From Octopus bimaculoides (taxonomy: Eukaryota): a stretch of 43,319 nucleotides of DNA. A program made the translations under genes and the position numbers. Location: positions 104,743,254 to 104,786,572 of the forward strand of contig NC_068987.1 in assembly GCF_001194135.2 (NCBI RefSeq), in the 5' to 3' direction. The notes under the pieces were generated by a model. The model was not told the origin of the DNA. It did no database searches and saw only the letters and a list, made by a program, of their open reading frames with translations. Positions within the stretch are counted from its first letter, which is position 1; the number at the start of each line of letters is the position of its first letter. This document shows, piece after piece, positions 37,640 to 43,319 of the stretch.

Positions 37640-37885
37640 ATTAAATTAAACAATAGGGTAAAAATTGGATATTAATTAATNNNNNNNNNNATTAAATTAA
37701 ACAATAGGGTAAAAATTGGATATTAATTAATATCAATTTAATACCAGGGAACAAGCACATTAAAAGAATCAGGGAGATTCAGAAAAAATATCTGAGATCT
37801 CAAAGGATTATTGTTTATGTATATATAAAAATATATATCAAGGAGGCCACTAGGTGGACTGTTAATGTGCTAGAAGAAGATCACT

Positions 37886-38056
37886 TGTCATGTGTCTACT
37901 AAGACCGAATAATTCTCAAAGGGAATTTAGCGAAGTAACAAAAACATAAACGGGCAAGACTAGTGTATGTAATTTTCACTAGTCTTGCCCGTTTACGTTT
38001 TTGTTAACTCGCTAAATTCCCTTTGAGAATTATTCGGTCTTAGTAGACACATGACA
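37886..38056. repeat. 80-bp inverted repeat (3 mismatches) with 11-nt spacer
   Basis: 37886-37965 versus 37977-38056; the right arm is cut by a gap. Confidence 0.93.
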
Positions 38057-38221
38057 NNNNNNNNNNNNNNNNNNNNNNNNNNNNNNNNNNNNNNNNNNNN
38101 NNNNNNNNNNNNNNNNNNNNNNNNNNNNNNNNNNNNNNNNNNNNNNNNNNNNNNNNNNNNNNNNNNNNNNNNNNNNNNNNNNNNNNNNNNNNNNNNNNNN
38201 NNNNNNNNNNNNNNNNNNNNN

Positions 38222-38257
<36 letters not shown>

Positions 38258-38696
38258 CATATCTCTGTTCGCTAGCTTTAAGTGTAAATAATCAACACGG
38301 GTCTAGGTTAGTTAGTGGAATGTCATGCCTAATCAATGTTAAACTTCTACTACAACCTTGTAGATGGCCAACAGTCAGTGTCCTTAATTCCACTGATTAT
38401 GATGCTTGACAAACATCGTGTGTACAATGCAATGGCTATTATGTATGAAGTTTGTATCTATGTATTATGTATGCGGTCTCAAATGTGAAACATATAAGGG
38501 AGATAACTCTGATCTCATAATATACTTTTGGTGAATCTTGATATTCATAATCAGCGTCACTATATTTCCTCCCCACCCCTCTCTCTCTCTCTCACTCACT
38601 TTATATATATATAGATAGATAGATAGATAGATAGATACATACATACATACATACATACATACATACATACATACATACATACATACATACGTGTGT

Positions 38697-38878
38697 GTTT
38701 GTGCCATGCTGGTGCCGCATAAAAAGCACCCAGTCTAAACTGTAAAGTGGTTGGTGTTAGAAAGCACATCCAGCCATAAAAACCATGCCAAAACAAACAG
38801 TGGAGCCTGGTGCACTCCTCTGACCTGCCACCACCTGTGAAACTGTCCAACACATGCCAGCAGTTGATGATGGTGATG
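38697..38878 (+). mobile_element. SINE or LINE 3' tail ending in a GAT repeat (related piece on - at about 42065-42200)
   Basis: ggtgccgcataaaaagcacc...gtggttggtgttagaaagcacatccagcc...tgtccaacacatgccagc...gatgatggtgatg. Confidence 0.6.
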
Positions 38879-39566
38879 TATACACACACACTGATCATTT
38901 GTAAGTTTTGTCAATTGACAGAATAAGATTCACTGAAGATGTCTAATAAGACTGAAGCATGTCAGATACTTTCTGTAGTTGGCTTTAAAGACCAGAGCCA
39001 ATCTCATCTGTATCAACTTACTTTTCCCAAAATTTCGATTATCTGATATCTATCTGTAACGTGAGCCTTCAATTAACTGAACAATAGCGTCTAGCTTACT
39101 CATATCTTTATATTCTCTTTCTCAAATTCCAAACAAATATTTATATAATAATACTCATGTGTTTATTTATATGGATAAGATGATTAAGGGAATGAATGAG
39201 AATATAAATATTACCCTACAGAACATTTAGTTGTCTACTGACCTAAACTGTTATAAAGATTTTGTGTAACCAATGATCCTTCTGGCTACATTTTTCAGTT
39301 CTCTGGTTATTTTTTATGTTGTATGTATTATGTTCGAGGAAGCTGCAAGTGGATAAATAACATGATTATTTTTATACTTTAAGCTGCTATCTTACAAATC
39401 TTATGAATCATTTATCAATGCATAACCTTGTTAACCATCAAGCAACACATGGTACCTTCTGAAAAATCATCTCCATATTGAATAATGCAAGATGTTGCAA
39501 TGATTTCAACACACAGATAATACCAGGAATTCCTTAATCTTAACTTGTTTGACCTTTTCCACTCAC

Positions 39567-39687
39567 CTCCATAAAGTCTTCAAACTGCTGTGATATTTCA
39601 GTTTCAGCTTTGTTGAGCTGATTTCGGACACATATCACATTATTCTTTAACTGTTTAAATTCTGACTTGATATTTTCTAAATTGAAT
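39567..39687 (-). CDS. INF2/FHDC1-type formin, exon D (absent from ORF track)
   Basis: cattttgttttag|A TTC ... GAG|gtgagt; 121 nt, phase 2/0, completing the Arg codon from exon C. FNLENIKSEFKQLKNNVICVRNQLNKAETEISQQFEDFME. Confidence 0.88.
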
Positions 39688-40412
39688 CTAAAACAAAATG
39701 AAATACTTTACTGAATCAAAATTGTCTTCTTCATAGCAAGAATAAGAATGGTAGTTTCATTAAAATAATTTCTTTTTTAATATCATTTTGAATTTCATAA
39801 CCATTAACAGAGTTTTTATGGTTGAGTCACTGGTTCACTATATTTATGATGACGAGAGATAAGGGAGTCTATTTGCAATTTAGATGGAACAAATACCATA
39901 CAAGGGGCTGTTAGACATCTGTGACTGACTGCCCTTTAATTTCGTTCTTACTCTGCGATATTTAATATCACAGTACTTTGGAAATTGTGTGAAGTAGGAG
40001 ACAATCATAGATTTGATTAGCTGCAACACTAAAGGCTCCCTAGGAGCCTCTTCATTGTCACTCAACCTGTTAGATACAGCAGCTGAATTTTTCCCCAAAT
40101 CACACCGTGCCATCTTCAAAATATAGAATAGTACATTAAACATTTTGACATGAGCAAAAATCACATTTGTTGCACTGTGAAAACACATATTGATTATTAA
40201 TCATATTGGATATCACCAAATGGAACTTTTATGCTATGGAGGATTGAGATGGGCAGAAGATGAAAATCAAACAAACCTGGAAAAAAACTGATCTAACTCA
40301 AGTTGGTGCTGGTAATGGCAACATAGACTAAGCATAGCAAAAATTAGTTTGTCAATCACAATTTACTATTATTATTTTGTGGGTTGATTAACATTAGTTT
40401 TTGCTTACTTAC

Positions 40413-40594
40413 CTAGTAGACTTTTGTAATGGTTCTAAGAGATCATCAACAAATCTCAAAGTAGTTTTGTCCTCCTTTTCACATTCTTCAACGATATAAT
40501 GCAGCAGAGAAATGCGAGCCACATTAGATCGTGTCATAATCAATTTGTTCAATGAACTAATACGGAAACCAACTGCATTACCGGAAGTTGTCCC
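40413..40594 (-). CDS. INF2/FHDC1-type formin, exon C (absent from ORF track)
   Basis: ttggttttcacag|GGG ... AG|gtaagt; 182 nt, phase 0/2. GTTSGNAVGFRISSLNKLIMTRSNVARISLLHYIVEECEKEDKTTLRFVDDLLEPLQKST(R) has the FH2 GNAxGFxxxSLxKL and LLHY motifs. Confidence 0.92.
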
Positions 40595-41154
40595 CTGTGA
40601 AAACCAAAACCAAACAAACCCTTTAGTTGCAGTTATAAGACTAATTTCTGATTAAGGTACAAGACCAGCAATTTTAAGGGGAGGGGAAAATCAATAGCAT
40701 CAAGTATCCAGTACTTGACTGGTATTTAGGCTAATGTTAGTGACAGGAATGGTACCCAGCTGTAAAACAATGCCTTAATATGTTTATGTCTAACCTATGT
40801 TAACATGGAAAATTAATGTAAAATGACAAAACAAATCTCTATGTGTGTGTCAGAGAGAGAGAGAGCGCATGCATGTGTATTTGACTTTTTGAATTAGACG
40901 ACACACATACATACAACCCTGAACCTCACCTGTAGGATTAAACATAAAACAACAGAGTTGTGATGTTAATTTAATCCATGTTGTAATGAAATTTTGACAG
41001 AGATTTCTACTTTGTGTACACAGTCTAAAATAGGTTAGAGATTTCACTGTTATTTCTAGCATCTCAAGTGTCAACATATTATGTTCCTAGTTGCCAGCAT
41101 AACAATACTTTGAATTAATGGAAAATCAAAATCAAACATCAACAACAACAATAC

Positions 41155-41412
41155 CTTGTTAAGAAAATTCCCAGCCTGAAGGACGTAACGAAGAAATTTC
41201 TTCAATGCAACATTATTTGTAAGTTTTGTACAAATCTGAAGAAGCAGCTGAATGTTTGGACGTATCAAAGCTAATTGAGAACTGAAATCACCAACCAAGA
41301 GCATAGATTCAAGGCGGCACCGAAAATCAGGAAGCTGTATCAAAAGTTGGAAGAATTTCTCAGCATTTCCAAGTTTGTCAACATTACCATCAAAATTTGA
41401 AATCAAATCAAT
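41155..41412 (-). CDS. INF2/FHDC1-type formin, exon B
   Basis: tcttccag|ATT ... AAG|gtattg; 258 nt, phase 0/0. IDLISNFDGNVDKLGNAEKFFQLLIQLPDFRCRLESMLL...VLQAGNFLNK contains FH2 motifs L-x-x-A-E-x-F and LQAGNFLN. Confidence 0.92.
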
Positions 41413-41846
41413 CTGGAAGAGACAAAAATCCATTAAATTAGAATTAATCAAACCAAAATGTAATACAGAAAACGTTTTAGTTGAATTATATTTGCAATAT
41501 CTGAAGATTAAATAAAGAATTTAATAAAGAAAGAATTTTTTTATTATAAAGTATGATAACATTGGACTAATGATTCTAGAGTATGGTGTGTACTTATAGA
41601 TCTCTTAGCTTTCTGTTGGGTTTTTGGACAAGTCAGGAATATGTATTTTGAATGCATGAGAAGAGTGCCACAGACTTACCAAAGAGGGCAATTTTCTTTA
41701 CTGGAAATGTTGTGACATATCACAATGGACTCTGATCATAATTCATTTTCAAATCTAATGTTACACACTAGCAAACAAAGATTAAGTCAGGCTGAAGCTG
41801 TGATATGTAGAGAAACAGCCTAAAGGCTAAATATTTATAATTATAA

Positions 41847-41952
41847 ATAATAGGTTGAATATGGTAGCACATCATATAATGAATATGGTATATGAATATA
41901 TGAATATGGTAGCACATCAATAATAGGTTGAATATGGTAGCACATCATATAA
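41847..41952 (+). repeat. Short tandem repeat containing GAATATGGTAGCACATCA x3
   Basis: Direct reading of the sequence. Confidence 0.8.
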
Positions 41953-42225
41953 AAATAAATAAAAGAAATTGTCAACAATAAGAAGAATGATCCAAAGGTC
42001 AGACTGTTGTAAATATGAATATATGAACACCACTATAATCATGGCAAAAAAATTGAGTAGGTCATCCTCCTCCTCATCATCATCATTTTAATATCTACTT
42101 TCCCATACTCACATGGATCAAACAAAGTTTACTGAAGCAGGTGCTCTTCCTGTCACCTATCCTTACCTGTTTCCAAGCAAGGTAATATTTCCCCCATAGC
42201 CACTCTAGTTATAGTAAATCCTCAC

Positions 42226-42390
42226 CTCATCCGGTTGTGGGAGCAACTTAATTAAACCTTTCAACTTCTCCACACCAAAGGTCCTAGTGTCAGCTTTCCT
42301 AATTAGATCCACAATTTCCTTGTTGCTGCGACGAAATTGTTTCAGGAAAATATTCAAGTTCATACTCTTTTTGGGATCAATTAGGGTTAT
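42226..42390 (-). CDS. FH2-domain formin (INF2/FHDC1 inverted-formin type), exon A of those visible
   Basis: tttttacag|ATA ... GAG|gtgagg; 165 nt, phase 0/0. ITLIDPKKSMNLNIFLKQFRRSNKEIVDLIRKADTRTFGVEKLKGLIKLLPQPDE matches the FH2 motif LDxKKSxNLNIFLKQF of INF2/FHDC1 formins. Confidence 0.92.
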
Positions 42391-42952
42391 CTGTAAAAAC
42401 ATTAAATCAAAACAATATAATGAATGACAAAAAAATGAACGTGGTAAAAGCTAGTCTGGCTTTGATACGTTTATATTTATATAAGGGGCATTACTACAGA
42501 ATAATAATGCCACACAGTGGACTTCTCAAAATATGTAGGTAGATATGTAGGAAGATGTAGGGTTTTTTTTTTTATGGTTTTCATTTACCATTTTCTGGAT
42601 GTTCTAAGTGTTTTATTACTTTGATGTGACCATCTCTTACACTTTTGATGCTTCTGTCTACATTTTCTGAAAAATTTTCAATATAATTTTCAAATGTCTT
42701 TTCTTATTTTCAATTATTATGATGATGTTTGAGATTTTGCTTTGTGTATGTTTGAGTTGAGTCCAAGCCTCATCCAGAGATATCAAGAGACAGCAAGTGA
42801 TAAGTTTAAATGGGCATTATGACCAGGACGGTAGATAACCAGTCATTCTGCCCACTTCAACTTATAACTTGTAATCTCTTGAGGTCTCTCTGGGTGAGAC
42901 TTGGACTCAACTCGTATAAACACAGCAAAATCCAAGCATAATTATAAATATT

Positions 42953-43166
42953 CTTTTCTACTCTAGGCTCAAGACCTGAAATTTTGTGGGAGGGGGCCAA
43001 TCAATTAGATCAAGCCCAGTATGCAACTGGCACTTATTTTATCAATCCCAAAAGGATGAAAGGCAAAGTCAACCTCAGCAGAATTTGAACTCAGAATGTA
43101 AAGACAGATGAAATGTCACTAAGAATTTCGCCTGGCGTGCTAACATTTCTGCCAGCTCACCACCTT
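42953..43166 (-). mobile_element. SINE family B with 16-bp target-site duplication
   Basis: CATAATTATAAATATT occurs at 42937-42952 and 43167-43182, exactly flanking the element. Confidence 0.88.
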
Positions 43167-43319
43167 CATAATTATAAATATTGAAAACAAGAAGAGACAT
43201 TTGGAAATCATATTAAGATTTTTCAGTAATTGTTGATGGAAAAATTAAAAGGGTAAGAAATAGTCACAGCAAAATAATATATTTTTAAAAGCATCTAAAA
43301 TATACAGAAAATAGTTGGC

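Noticed and set aside
37640-37731. 41-bp direct repeat separated by 10 Ns
   Set aside because: Identical sequence on both sides of a minimal gap is typical of an unmerged contig overlap.
39880-40188. 102-aa minus-strand ORF between formin exons C and D
   Set aside because: Exons C and D already join in frame (phase 2), and this ORF has no FH2 similarity.
5930-41510. Other CTGANGA occurrences on either strand (e.g. near 5933, 12525, 13080, 24113, 38933)
   Set aside because: None had a paired stem II followed by GAAA, a stem III and a closing stem I.

Overview
AT-rich, microsatellite-saturated animal genomic DNA with 12 N-gaps (740-1639, 2115-2193, 10867-11553, 17146-17710, 23284-23660, 26292-26873, 28137-28570, 29466-29475, 31640-31663, 35670-35891, 37681-37690, 38057-38221). 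The SINE and microsatellite landscape resembles an octopus draft assembly (inference from recalled repeat sequences, not verified). Two genes are supported. (1) The homeobox/terminal exon of the ParaHox gene Xlox/Pdx on + (21910-22406); I could not find its first exon in the window. (2) Six consecutive, phase-compatible exons of an INF2/FHDC1-type FH2 formin on - (42390 down to 35256), convergent on Xlox. The rest is transposon-derived: several tRNA-type SINE families, two mariner relics, TA-flanked MITEs, and fragments of CR1/L2-type, RTE-type, REL-type and probably Penelope-like retroelements. The ORF track misses the most unusual signals: a complete type I hammerhead-ribozyme fold on - (27724-27786), a mutated minimal relative in a formin intron (36741-36780), several long foldback palindromes and a pre-miRNA-like hairpin (7641-7704). 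All analysis was done by eye; repeat boundaries are approximate.
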